This document shows positions 41,020-54,881 of a stretch of DNA of 64,000 nt, piece by piece. The number at the start of each line of letters is the position of its first letter. Position 1 is the stretch's first letter. The position numbers and the translations under genes were made by a program. The DNA lies in NCBI GenBank assembly GCA_044892525.1, contig CM097885.1, positions 50,594,001 through 50,658,000 on the forward strand, read 5' to 3'. Source of the stretch: Schmidtea polychroa. Taxonomy: Eukaryota. Under the pieces are notes generated by a model. That model was not told the origin of the DNA, did no database searches, and saw nothing but the letters and a program-made list of their open reading frames with translations.

Positions 41020-42010
41020 AACAAACCAACAACTTAGTACCAACAACCAGTAACTTACGAACATGTTTTAACAACTAGATACCTACAACTAGTTACTAAC
41101 AACTAGTTACCTGATATCAACTACTCACAACCAACAACAACCAGTTACTAAGCATTATTAACCAACTACTAAGTACCTACAACTAGATACCATGTACTAA
41201 CTAACTCTCAAACAACCAAGTACCTACAACAAATTACCAGATACCAAGTACCTACAACTAGTTACTAACAACTAGTTACCTGATACTAAGTACCTACAAC
41301 TAGATACCACGTACTAACTGACTCTCAAACAACTAGTTACTAACAATCAGTTACCTACAACTAGTTACTAACAACTAGTTACTAACAACCAACCAACTAG
41401 GTACTAGATACCAAGTACTAACAACCAACAACAACCAGGTACTAAGCATTATCAACCAACTAAATACTAAGTACTAACAACCAACCAACTAGGTACTAGA
41501 TAGCAAGTACTTACAACCAACATCAAACAACTACTAAGTACTAACAACCAAAAACATGCAACCAACTAGCTACCAAGTACTAACAACCAAAAACATGCAA
41601 CCAACTAGGTACTAGATACCAAGTACTCACAACCGACAACAACCAAGTACTAAGCATTATTAACCAACTACTAAGTACCTACAACTAGATACTTACAACC
41701 AAAAACAACCAACCAACTAGGTACTAGATACCAAGTACTAACAACCTACAACTAGATACTTAAAACCAGATACCTACAACTAGATACTAACAACCAGTTA
41801 CCAAGTACCTACAACCACCTACCCATTAACTAACTACAACCAGCTAACAGCAACCAACAACCTACCAAGTACTAACAACCAACAACCAGCTAACAACTAA
41901 CTACCAGATACCAACTACTTACAACCAACAACTAAGTACTAACAACCAGCTAACAACAAGATACCTAGTACTAAGAACTGTCAACTAGATACCAAGCACT
42001 GACAACCAGA
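41020..42010. repeat. CA-rich simple-motif satellite (ACAACTAGTTACT / ACCAAGTACTAAC)
   Basis: Strongly strand-biased array; GT-rich mirror at about 50935-52630. Confidence 0.9.
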
Positions 42011-42473
42011 TGACCACATGAAATTATTGGTTAAATAAGTAAATTAATATTTAATTTTTAAATTAACTAATCAATGGTCTAAAATATTAAAGTTAAAGTC
42101 AATTTAAGATGAAAGTTTTCTGGGATTTTCAATGTTAATTTTAGATGCAAATCTTCGTCTATTAATCAATGACCACGTGAAATTATTAGTTAAATATGAA
42201 AATAATGATTATATTTAGTTGTTAAATTAAGAAATAAAGGATAAATAGGTAAATTAAGGATAAGTAAATTAAAGTTAAAAATTTTAAATAAGTAAATTAA
42301 GGTTCAAAATTTTAAATTAAAGAAAACAATGGTTTAAATTTTAAATTAAAGCTAAATGAGTAAATTAAAGTAATGTAATAAGTAAATTAAAGTAAGATTT
42401 TTAAATTTATTATCAAAAGATTGAATAACCACCAACCTTTTGAGAAATGTAATTTTTTATGAAAATTTAAATG

Positions 42474-42546
<73 letters not shown>

Positions 42547-45500
42547 TCAACAGTTACCAACAATCGGTTACTAAATATTTTTAACTGGGTGCTGACAAAT
42601 AAGTACCAAATACTTACACCATGATACCACGTACTAACTAACTCTCAAACAACCAGATACTTACAACTAACTACTAAATATTCTTCACTGTATTTTATGA
42701 AATGCTTTTTAAATTAATATTTTTTATACAGCTTCTATAATAATTTTAATTACAATCAGTAGAAAAACCTTTTCAAATTTAACAAAAATGTTGATTTTCA
42801 TCAAAAAACCACAACTCATCACCACGTGGAATTCAAAATAATTTAAATGAAAGACTAATGAATTATAATTTACAAAACATTCTTCTTTTAATTGATAACT
42901 TATTATTGCAAAGTAAAAATCACATTCAATAAATACTTATTATTGATCAGTTTTATTATATATACTCTGAGTTTATCCGACAGGATGTTTTGACCCCCTA
43001 AGGGTACAGGTCGTAAGGGTATTAGTCGTAAGGGTACTGGTCGTAAAGGTACTAGTCGTAGGGGTATTGGTAACACTTAACCACAACCTACCCATTAACT
43101 AGCTACTAAGTACTAACCACTAGGTTTCAAACAACAACTACTAACAACCACCATCAAAACCCATCGAGAAATTAACAAATATCAACCTACAACTATATAA
43201 CAACAATCAGTAAACAACACTGTACCAACTACCAAATACAAAATATTCTTCATCACATACACTATCTTCTTATCAAAATCTAAAAAGTCAACCAAATACT
43301 TACAACCAACAACTATGTACTAACAAATTGATCTTTAAAAGCAAATACTCGTCACTTGAAAAATTAGATGGAAAATTAATTGAACTCAAGGCATCAATAA
43401 CTAGGTAAAAATTGATTAAATAATTGTAAAAATTTAAATTATTCAAAATAAATATCATAAAAATTTAATTAATAGACAAGAAAGAATTCTTATCATTAAT
43501 CATCCATTAAATAAAAAAAAATATTGATCATTCAAGTTGAATCAACTAAGATAATAAATTAATAAGATAAGATATAGTAGATAATTGATTTAGATTGAAT
43601 AAATTAATTGAAATAAAATTAATTTTAAGTATTATTTTTTAAAAGTAATACATGTACTCAAATCTATTTACTAATTCCTCAATATATTCAAAAAATCAGT
43701 ATGAATTCATTACAATCATCAATGTCATCAATCTACAATAAAAATAATTATCATTAAATTCCAAGAGAGACTAGAAAACTAATGATAACATCTAATAAAC
43801 CAGTAAATTCATTTAAATGGCAATAATTGGTATATCCAAGTGAATTCTCTAATAAAATCATCTAAAAAGCATCATTTTCCCTAAATATATCAATATTTAA
43901 AGATTGGTATTGTAATGATAAATACTTGTTAAAGATCATATATTCTCATCAAACTAATAAGATTCCTTAAAATCCCTTAAATGACTATATTTCTACCCTT
44001 AATTCATATTATTACAAATAATTCATTAAAATCATCTAAAAAGCATCATTTCCCCTAAATATATCAATATTTAAAGATTGATATTTTAATGATAAGTACC
44101 CGTAAAGGATCATATATTCCCCTCAGACTAATAAGATTGCTTAGTCCCATTTAAATGACTATAATTCTAACTTTAATTCCTATTATCACGAATATTTCCC
44201 TATAAAACATGTAAAATTATTAACCCTAAATAATTTATAAAATCTAATGATAAAAGTGGTTATAATTAAATTTTTGTTAATCACTGTACTCGATATTTTA
44301 AATAAATATTACTACAATATAACTGACTAGGTCCCATTGAAAGATTAAATTTATCCATTCAATAAAATATATTTCTTCAAATGATCATTTTTACCAATAT
44401 TCAACCGATTTAATTACTAATTAAAACCAAGATTTCTTCCAATAAAGATCAATGTTTTAAGTCCCTATTTCTAAACTTTTGTCATTCTCCGCTTAAATAA
44501 AGAGAAAAAAAATAATTTAAAGTTGATATCAATCCCAATTATCTGTAAAGATTTCATTATCAAAACCAAGTAAATCGATCATTATCCCTACTTAATAAAA
44601 CATTGTTCTAAATTAATTTACTGTGCATTAATCACAACCTAATAAAACGATATAATTTCACATTATTATTGATTCATAACTGACTAATTGACATTTCCCT
44701 TAAAACAATGATATTTTACCAACATCACCATTAAAAAAATCATATATTCCCATCTTAACCCATCTCTCATTAAATTTAACCGACTATATTCCCATCTTAA
44801 CCCATCCTTCATTAAAGTCAATCGACTATATCTCCCTTACAATGATATATATTCCCATCTTAACCTATCCCTCATTTAATCTAACCGACTATATCTCCCT
44901 TACAATGATCTATTTCCATCTTAACCCATCCTTCATTAAATCTAACCAACTATATCCCCTCAAAAGATCATATATTCCCATCTTAATCGATCTCTCAGCA
45001 AATATTTCTACCTCTTTAAACATCTAACCGAATATATCCTTCAATTCTACCCACTTGAATCCTCCTTTAATTCAATTCAGTCTTAAAATCTTTAAAGAAC
45101 TTCAAAAATATGACTTAATTGTTATAGACACCAAATATTCTTCCATTGAAATAATTTAGTAGCTATGTAGTAAGAGTTCACTAAAAGATCAAAAATCAAT
45201 ATTTTCTACAAATATTTACCATCAAATACTGGAGATGATATATATTGATTGATCATAATTCTTCATCGATTCAACCAATCATTTTCAAGCAATAACAGCA
45301 AACTAAATTTTTGTATATCCTACAATAATTATCAAGTAAATTTAAAGTCATTGATAAAGTTGGTTTCTTAGCTTATGTTTTTTAAAGTGCATCAATGTGT
45401 AAATATTCTTAGAAAATTATTGAAAAATTATTTAGTCAAATACATTACAAAGTTATCATCAAAAATAACTTAATTATTAACCTAATTGTCAATGAAATTA

Positions 45501-46159
45501 ATTTTTATTTAAAAACTATTCAATAAAATACAACTAATTATCAAGAAATTAATTAAATTTATCAATTAAATTTATCACCATTAAAACTTTTAATCAGTCA
45601 ACATGAAATTCTTAGAAAATTATTCAATATCCTCATCAAAATTTATCCTATCACTTGATTATTGTAAAATCTCTAATTATTAACCTCATTAAAAATAAAT
45701 TTTTATTTAAAATTAAAAAACAAGTCAATAAAAATACATTCAATTATCAAGAAATTAATTAAATTTACCTTAGAATTAGCATTAAATTACAGATATTCAC
45801 AAAAATTACGGAAATTCATGAAAATAATAGAAAATTACAAAAAATGATAGAAATTCATAAAAATGATAGAAATTTACTTGAATAAAACCATCAACTCTAA
45901 AAATTATCAATACCTTAAACATCAAATTTGTCTAAATTCAAATAAAAGCATTAAATACCTTTACGACTAATACCCTTGCGACATGTTGAATGTGAGTAGT
46001 ACCCTTGTGAGCAATACCCATAGGGGGACAGAATATTTTGTCGGATAAACTCAGAGTATATATTAATTAACTCATTCTTCATTGAATTAGTCAAATTATC
46101 ATAAATTTCGATAAAAATTCTAAAGTGGTAAGCAATGTAAAGAGAAATATTCTTTAAAC

Positions 46160-47969
46160 TTTGATAAAATTAACAATGAAGGTGGTAAGAATCTTCATTA
46201 AAGTGAGGAAATTACTCGATGATAAATTCAAATGGGTGAAAATAATTGGTAGAATAATTCATTAATGGAGGTAGATAATGAGAAGTAGTATAGATAAGAT
46301 GAAGGTTGATAAGAATGGATGTATTGCAACTATTTTCTAAAAATTAACACTTTAATAAAAAAAAACTTTTAAGACAAATATTTGTGGGGAATAATTAATC
46401 AAAATCGGGGGGATATTAGTGATTAATTAATGGAAAATCGGGAATCGGGGGTAATATAAGTGATAATAATTAGTGGGGTATTGAGAATCGGGGAATATAA
46501 GTGAGAAGGATATGTAATTTAAACTATTTTATTACATAACAAGCCGCGACTAGTTTATTACATAACAAGCCGTGACTAGTTTATTACATAACAAGCTGTG
46601 AATGGTATTTTACCAACATTTTACTAAATTTTTAAAGTATGTAATTTAATTTTAATTATATTTTAAAATTGTATATATTTTGAATATCATTCTATTGTTT
46701 AATTCCAATAATAAGTTTAAAAAGTCTAATGATTAATAAATTAATATCTTGTTAACATTTATTTTAGAATTTAAAAAACTTTACTTAAAATTTAGTGAAG
46801 TATTTAATTTTAATTGTATTTTATAAGACATATATTTGAGTATTAACTTATTTTGATTGAAGTATCACATTTAATATTGTGATGATTGTTTTCTAAATAT
46901 TTTAGTGTAAAATAGTAAATTTAATAATAAATAGCTACAATATTAAAGGTCTTTTTTTAAAAAAAATATTTACTTTCTATTACCTAATTCCATCATTAAG
47001 TTTAAAAAGTCTATAACTGTTAATAATTCAATTTTTTATTCACATTTTCTAATAAAACTTATATTTTTAAATTTAGTGTAAAGAATTTAATTTTAATTGT
47101 ATTTTATAAGTCATTTATTTGAATATTTATCTTATTTTTATTGAAAGGAGTAATATAATTCATATTATGATATTCGTTTCGAAATATTTAGTGTAGAATC
47201 GTAAATTTAATAATATATAGCTATTATTGCAAGTACTTATACAACAAAAACTTTTTTATTTCTAATGTTTTATTCCATAAATAAGTTTAAAAGTATATAA
47301 CTGGTAATAAATTAATTTCTTATTTAAATTTATTTAAAAAAGCTTTACTTATAAAATTTATATTTTCGAAGACTTATATTTGAATATTAACTTATATTGA
47401 TTGAAAAGGGTAATTGATTTAGAAATTAATTAGTGTAAATCAAAACATTTAAATTATTAAGGTATTAAAGTACCTATTCAAAAATTAAAAAAAAAAGACC
47501 TAATCAATAATTTCAATAAAATACTATTCACAGATTGTTATGTAATAAACTAGTCACGGCTTGTTATGTAATAAACTAGTCGCGGCTTGTTATGTAATAA
47601 AATAGTTTAAATTACATATCCTTCTCACTTATATTCCCCGATTCTCAATACCCCACTAATTATTATCACTTATATTACCCCCGATTCCCGATTTTCCATT
47701 AATTAATCACTAATATCCCCCCGATTTTGATTAATTATTCCCCACAAATATTTGTCTTAAAAGTTTTTTTTTATTAAAGTGTTAATTTTTAGAAAATAGT
47801 TGCAATACATCCATTCTTATCAACCTTCATCTTATCTATACTACTTCTCATTATCTACCTCCATTAATGAATTATTCTACCAATTATTTTCACCCATTTG
47901 AATTTATCATCGAGTAATTTCCTCACTTTAATGAAGATTCTTACCACCTTCATTGTTAATTTTATCAAA
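46160..47969. repeat. Central 435-bp inverted repeat (46160-46594 / 47535-47969) around a loop of about three ~285-bp tandem units
   Basis: The two copies read as exact reverse complements by eye; loop units are marked by TAAGTTTAAAA(A)GT near 46710, 46997 and 47282. Confidence 0.88.
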
Positions 47970-50591
47970 AGATTTTAAGAGGATTGATATATATTAAAGG
48001 GCTCAAGTGGGTGAAATCTTTAGGGAAAATAAGGGATATAATCGGATAGATGTTTAAAAGGGTAGAATTATTTGCTGAGAGATCGGATAAGATGGGATAT
48101 TGTCGGTTATTAAATTTAATGAGGGATGGGTTAAGATGGAAATAGATCATTGTAAGGGAGATATAGTCGATTGACTTTAATAAGAAATCGGTTAAGATAG
48201 GAATATATCATTGCAAGGGAGATATAGTCGATTGAATTTAATGAGAGATCGGATAAGGTAGGAATATATCATTGTAAGGGAGATATAGTCGATTGAATTT
48301 AATGAAGGATGGGTTAAGATGGGAATATAGTCGGTTAAATTTAATGAGACATCGGTTAAGATGGGAATATATGATTTTTTTAATGGTGATGTTGGTAAAA
48401 TATCATTGTTTTAAGGGAAATGTCAATTAGTCAGTTATGTATCAATAATAATTATATCGTTTTATTAGGTTGTGATTAATTCATTGTATATTAATTTAGA
48501 TTTATGGATTATTAAGTAAGGATAATGATCGATTTACTTGGTTTTGACGATGAAAACTTTACAGATATTTGGGATTGATATCAACTTTAAATTATTTTTA
48601 TCTTTATTTAGACGGACAACGACAAAAGTTGAGAAATATGGACTTAAAACATTGACTAAATAAAATTGATCTTTATTGGAAGAAATCTTGATTTTAATTA
48701 GTAATTAAATCGGTTGAATATTGGTAAAAATGATCATTTGAAGAAATATATTTTATTGAATGGATAAATTTAATCTTTCAATGGGACCTAGTCAGTTATA
48801 TTGTAGTAATATTTATTTAAAATATCGAGTACAGTGATTAACAAAAATTTAATTATAACCACTTTTATCATTAGATTTTATAAATTATTTAGGGTTAATG
48901 ATTTTACATGTTTTATAGGGAAATATTCGTGATAATAGGAATTAAAGTTAGAATTATAGTCATTTAAATGGGACTTTAAGCAATCTTATTAGTCTGAGGG
49001 GAATATATGATCCTTTACGGGTACTTATCATTAAAATATCAATCTTGAAATATTGATATATTTAGGGGAAATGATGCTTTTTAGATGATTTTAATGAATT
49101 ATTTGAAATAATATGAATTAAGGGTAGAAATATAGTCATTTAAGGGATTTTAAGGAATCTTATTAGTTTGATGAGAATATATGATCTTTAACAAGTATTT
49201 ATCATTACAATACCAATCTTTAAATATTGATATATTTAGGGAAAATGATGCTTTTTAGATGATTTTATTAGAGAATTCACTTGGATATACCAATTATTGC
49301 CATTTAAATGAATTTACTGGTTTGTTAGATGTTATCATTAGTTATCTAGTCTCTTTTGGAATTTAATGATAATTATTTTTATTGTAGATTGCTGACTTTG
49401 ATAATTGTAATGAATTTATACTGATTTTTTGAATATATTGAGAAATCAGTCAATCAATTTGAGTACATGTATTACTTTTACAAAAATAATTAAAATTAAT
49501 TTTATTCAATCTAAATCTAGATCTTATTTCAAAACTTTTATTAATTTATTATCTTAGTTGATTCAACTTGAATGATCAGTATTTTTTTTATTTAATGGAT
49601 GATTAATGATTAGAATTTTTTCCTGTCCATTAATTAAATTTTTATGATATTTATTTTGAATAATTTAAATTTTTACAATAATTTAATCAAATTTTACCTA
49701 GTTATTGATGCCTTGAGTTCAAATAATTTTCCATCTAATTTTTCAAGTGATGAGTATTTGCTTTTAAAGATCAATTTGTTAGTACATAGTTGTTGGTTGT
49801 AAGTAGTTGGTTGACTTTTTAGATTTTGATAAGAAAATAGTGTATGCGATGAAGAATAATTTTTTTTATTTAATTGCTATTTTTTTTATGTGTTGTTAGT
49901 TGATTGTTGGTACTAAGTTGTTGGTTTCTTGTATTTGGTAGTTGATACAGTGTTGTTTACTGATTGTTGTTATATAGTTGTAGGTTGTTAGTACTTGGTA
50001 TCTAGAACCTGGTTGTTGTTAGTTGTTAGTACTTGGTAGCTAGTTAATGGGTAGATGGGGGTTGAGTGTTACCAATACCCCTACGACTAGTACCCTTACG
50101 ACTAATACCCTTACGACCAGTACCCTTACGACCTGTACCCTTCGGGGGGTCAAAACATCCTGTCGGATAAACTCAGAGTATATATAATAAAATTGATCAA
50201 CAATAAGTATTTATTGAATGCGATTTTTACTTTGCAATAATAAGTCAGTAGTTATCATTTAAAAGAAGAATGTTTTGTAACTTAGAATTCATTAGTCTTT
50301 CATTGTAATTATTTTGAATTCCACGTGGTGATGAGTTGTGGTTTTTTGATGAAAATCATCATTTTTGTTAAATTTGAAAAGGTTTTTCTAATGATTGTAA
50401 TTAAAAATATTTTTGAAGATAGATAAAAAATTAATTTAAAAAGCATTTCATAAAATACAGTGAAGAATATTTAGTAGCTAGTTGTAAGTATCTGGTTGTT
50501 TGAGAGTTAGTTAGTACGTGGTATCATGTTGTAAGTATTTGTTAGCACCTAGTTAAAAAATAATCAGTAACCGATTGTTGGTAACTGTTGA

Positions 50592-50628
<37 letters not shown>

Positions 50629-50934
50629 CATTTAAATTTCCATTTAAATTTACATTATAAATTACATTTCTCAAAAAAGTTGGTGGTTATTCAATCTTTT
50701 GATAATAAATTTAAAAATCTTAGTTTAATTTACTTAGTACATTAATTATTTAAAAATTATTACTTTAATTTACTTATTTAATTTAAAATTTGAACCTTAA
50801 TTTACTTTTTTAAAAATTATTACTTTAATTTACCTAATTATTCTTTATTTCTTAATTTTACACCATAATTTACTTAACAACTAATTATAACCCTTATTTT
50901 CATATTTAACCAATAATTTCATGTGGTCATCTGC

Positions 50935-52630
50935 TTGTAAGTGTTTGGTATCTAGTTGACAGTGCTTATTACTAGGTAAGTTACTTGGTTGTTAGTACTT
51001 GGTATCTAGTACCTGGTTGATGTTGGTTGTATGTACTTGGTATCTAGTTGTTAGTAACTAGTTGTAGGTAATTAATGCTTAGTAGTTGGTAACTGGTTGT
51101 TAGTACTTGGTAGTTGGTAGCTAGTTGGTTGTATGTACTTGGTATCTAGTTGTTAGTAACTAGTTGTAGGTAATTAATGCTTAGTAGTTGGTAACTGGTT
51201 GTTAGTACTTGGTAGTTGGTAGCTAGTTGGTTGTATGTACTTGGTATCTAGTTGTTAGTAACTAGTTGTAGGTACTTAGTAGTTGGTTGATGATGCTTAG
51301 TACCTGGTTATTGTCGGTTGTTAGTGTTTAGTATTTAGTTGTTAGTACTTGGTTGATAATGCTTAGTGATTGGTTGTATGTACTTGGTATCTAGTTGTTA
51401 GTAACTAGTTGTAGGTACTTAGTAGTTGGTTGATGATGCTTAGTACCTGGTTATTGTCGGTTGTTAGTGTTTAGTATTTAGTTGTTAGTACTTGGTTGAT
51501 AATGCTTAGTGTCTGGTTGTATGTACTTGGTATCATGTTGTTAGTAACTAGTTGTAGGTAATTAATGCTTAGTAGTTGGTAACTGGTTGTTAGTACTTGG
51601 TAGGTGGTAGCTAGTTGGTTGTAGGTACTTAGTAGTTGGTAGCTAGTTGAGTGCTGGTTGTAGCTAGTTAATGGGTAACTGGTTGTTAGTATCTAGTTGT
51701 AGGTACTTAGTAGTTGGTTGATGATGCTTAGTTCCTGGTTATTGTCGGTTGTTAGTGTTTAGTATTTAGTTGTTAGTACTTGGTTGATAATGCTTAGTGT
51801 CTGGTTGTATGTACTTGGTATCTAGTTGTTAGTAACTAGTTGTAGGTAATTAATGCTTAGTAGTTGGTAACTGGTTGTTAGTAACTAGTTGTAGGTTGAT
51901 AAGGCTTAGTACCTGGTTGTTGACGGTTGTTAGTACTTGGTATCAGGTAACTGGTTGTTAGTATCTAGTTGTAGGTTGTAGGTACTTAGTAGTTGGTAAT
52001 TAATGCTTAGTACCTGGTTGTTAGTATTTAGTTGTTTGAGACCTAGTTGTTAGTATCTAGTTGTAGGTATCTGGTAACTAGTTGGTTGTTGGTACTTAGT
52101 AGGTGGTATCTGATACCTGTTTGGTTGCTTGTTTTTGGTTGTTAGTACTTGTTAGGTGGTTGTAGGTACTTAGTATCAGGTAACTAGTTGTTAGTAACTA
52201 GTTGTAGGCACTTGGTATCTGGTAATTTGTTGTAGGTACTTCGTTGTTTTTTGTTGTTAGTACTTAGTAGTTGGTTGTAGGTACTTGGTATCAGGTAACT
52301 GGTTGTTAGTAACTAATTGTAAGTATTTGGTAGCAGGTAACTAGTTGTTAGTAACTAGTTGTAAGTACTTGGTAGTTGGTAGTAAGTACTTGGTTGATGT
52401 TTGTTGTAAGTACTTGGTATCTAGTACCTAGTTGGTTGTTTTTGGTTGTTAGTACTTAGTAGTTGGTTGTAGGTACTTGGTAGGTGGTAGTTAGTTGTTA
52501 GTACTTGGTACCTAGTTGGTTGCATGTTTTTGGTTGTTGGTACTTGGTATCAGGTAACTGGTTGTAGGTATCTGGTTGGTAATACATGTTCGTAAGTTAC
52601 TGGTTGTTGGTACTAAGTTGTTGATTTGTT
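50935..52630. repeat. GT-rich satellite of the right arm
   Basis: TTAGTAGTTGGTTGTAGGTAC-type motifs with higher-order duplications; reverse complement of the 41020-42010 block but longer. Confidence 0.9.
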
Positions 52631-54881
52631 GTTGAATTATTATTAAAATTTGTCTTTGAAAAATATTTCTTAAAAATTTCCATTAAAAATTATCATTGAA
52701 AAATATTTCATAAAAATTTCCATTAAAAATTACCATTGAAAAATATTTCATAAAATTTTCTATTAAAAATTACTTAAAAAAAATATTCCATAAAAATTTT
52801 CATTAAAAATTACCATTGAAAATTTTCATTAAAAAATTTCAATTCTCAAACACCTTCAACTTTTTGTAATTAAATTTTAAAATCTTACTTTAATTTACTT
52901 ATTTAAAATTTTTTACCATTGATTACTTAATTTAAAAATTATTACTTTAATTTACTTATTTAAAATTTTTTTACCATTGATTACTTAATTTAAAATTTGG
53001 ACCTTAATTTACTTTATTTTAATTTTTTAGAACCTTAATTTACTTTAATTTAAAATTTAGAACCATAATTTACTTTAATTTAATTTTTAGGACCATAATT
53101 TACTTTAATTTAAAAATTTAGACCATAATTTACTGTAATTTAATTTTTTAGGACCATTATTTACTGTAATTGAAAAATTTGAGCCATAATTTACTTTAAT
53201 TTAATTTTTAGAACCATAATTTACTTTAATTTAATTTTTTAGGACCATAATTAACTGTAATAGAAAAATTTGGACCATAATTTACTGTAATTTAATTTTT
53301 TTGGACCATAATTTACTGTATTTGAAAAATTTGGATCATAATTTACTGTAATTTAATTTTTTAGGACCATTATTTACTGTAATTCAATTTTTAGAACCAT
53401 TATTTACTGTAATTGAAAAATTTGAGCCATAATTTACTTTAATTTAATTTTTAGAACCATAATTTACTTTAATTTAAAAATTTGGACCATAATTTACTGT
53501 AATTTAAAAATTTGAGCCATAATTTACTGTAATTTATTTTTTTAGGACCATAATTTACTGTAATTTAAAAATTTGAGCCATAATTTACTGTAATTTAATT
53601 TTTAGGACCATAATTTACTGTAATTTAAAAATTTGAGCCATAATTTACTATAATTTAATTTTTTAGAACCATTATTTACTTTAATTGAAAAATTTACAAC
53701 GTTTTTTAGTGTAGACCACCTATTTCTCAGGACCAAGGAGACTCACCTCACTATAGTCTGAAAAATCCTTGGCTTTTTTAGTGTAGACCAGCTTTTTGTA
53801 TTGAAAATATCCTGAGACCTTAAATTACCATGCTTTTTAGTGTAGACCAGCTTTTTGTATTGAAAATATCCCGAGACTTTAAATTACCATGCTTCTTTAT
53901 TGAAGACCGCCTTTTTGTATTGAAAATATCATGAGACCTTAAATTACCATGCTTTTTTATTGATAGTCGGATTTTTCTATTGAAATTCTCAGGACCAAGG
54001 AGACCCACCTTAATTGACCTAGAAAAATCCATGCTTTTTTAGTGATAGTCGGATTTTTGTATTAAAAAATTTTTTTTGTATTGAAAATCCCAGGACCAAG
54101 GAGACCCACCTGAATTGACCTAGAAAATTCCATGCTTTTTTAGTGGTAGTCGGATTTTTGTATTGAAAATCCCAGGACCATCGAGACCCCCTCACTATAG
54201 TCTGAAAATTCCATGCTTTTTTATTGATAGTCGGATTTTTGTATAGAAAAAAATTTTTTTGTATTGAAAATCCCAGGACCATCGTTTTTGTATTGAAAAA
54301 ATTTTATTTGTATTGAAAATCCTAGGACCATCGAGACCCCCTCACTATAGTCTGAAAAATCCTTGGCTTTTTTAGTGTAGACCACCTATTTGTATTGAAA
54401 ATATCCTGAGACCTTAAATTACCATGCTTTTTAGTGTAGACCACCTATTTCTCAGGACCAAGGAGACTCACCTCACTATAGCGTGATAAATCCTTGGCTT
54501 TTTTATTGATAGTAGGATTTTTGTATAGAAAAAAATTTTTTGTATTGAAAATCCCAGGACCATCGAGACCCCCTCACTATAGTCTGAATAATCCATGCTT
54601 TTTTAGTGGTAGTCGGATTTTTGTATTGAAAATTTTTTTTTTGTATTGAAAATCCCAGGACCATCGTTTTTGTATAGAAAATATTTTTTGTATTGAAAAT
54701 CCCAGGACCATCGAGACCCCCTCATTATAGTGTGATAAAAAAAAATTTGGACCAAAAATCCCTGAAAGCAAAAAAATGAGTTGGGAACAATTGCGTAATA
54801 AAAATTTGGGAACAAACCCCTCCCCCCCCCTGGGGGGGGGGGGTAATTGTTCCCGTGGGCTACTATCTACCTACTAATTTT

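Larger units (their letters stand above)
39589..54875. mobile_element. 15.3-kb non-autonomous Polinton/Maverick-like element with giant (about 5.5 and 6.9 kb) inverted arms
   Basis: Termini AGTAGGTAGATAGTAGCC / GGCTACTATCTACCTACT; 6-bp TSD AATTTT (39583-39588, 54876-54881); about 39589-45093 is the reverse complement of about 47968-54875, block for block; no credible ORF. Confidence 0.85.

Noticed and set aside
53820..54815. Several short ORFs in the palindrome arms (also 39606-39821, 44842-45027, 47965-48150)
   Set aside because: Translations of tandem repeats with no protein-like motifs.
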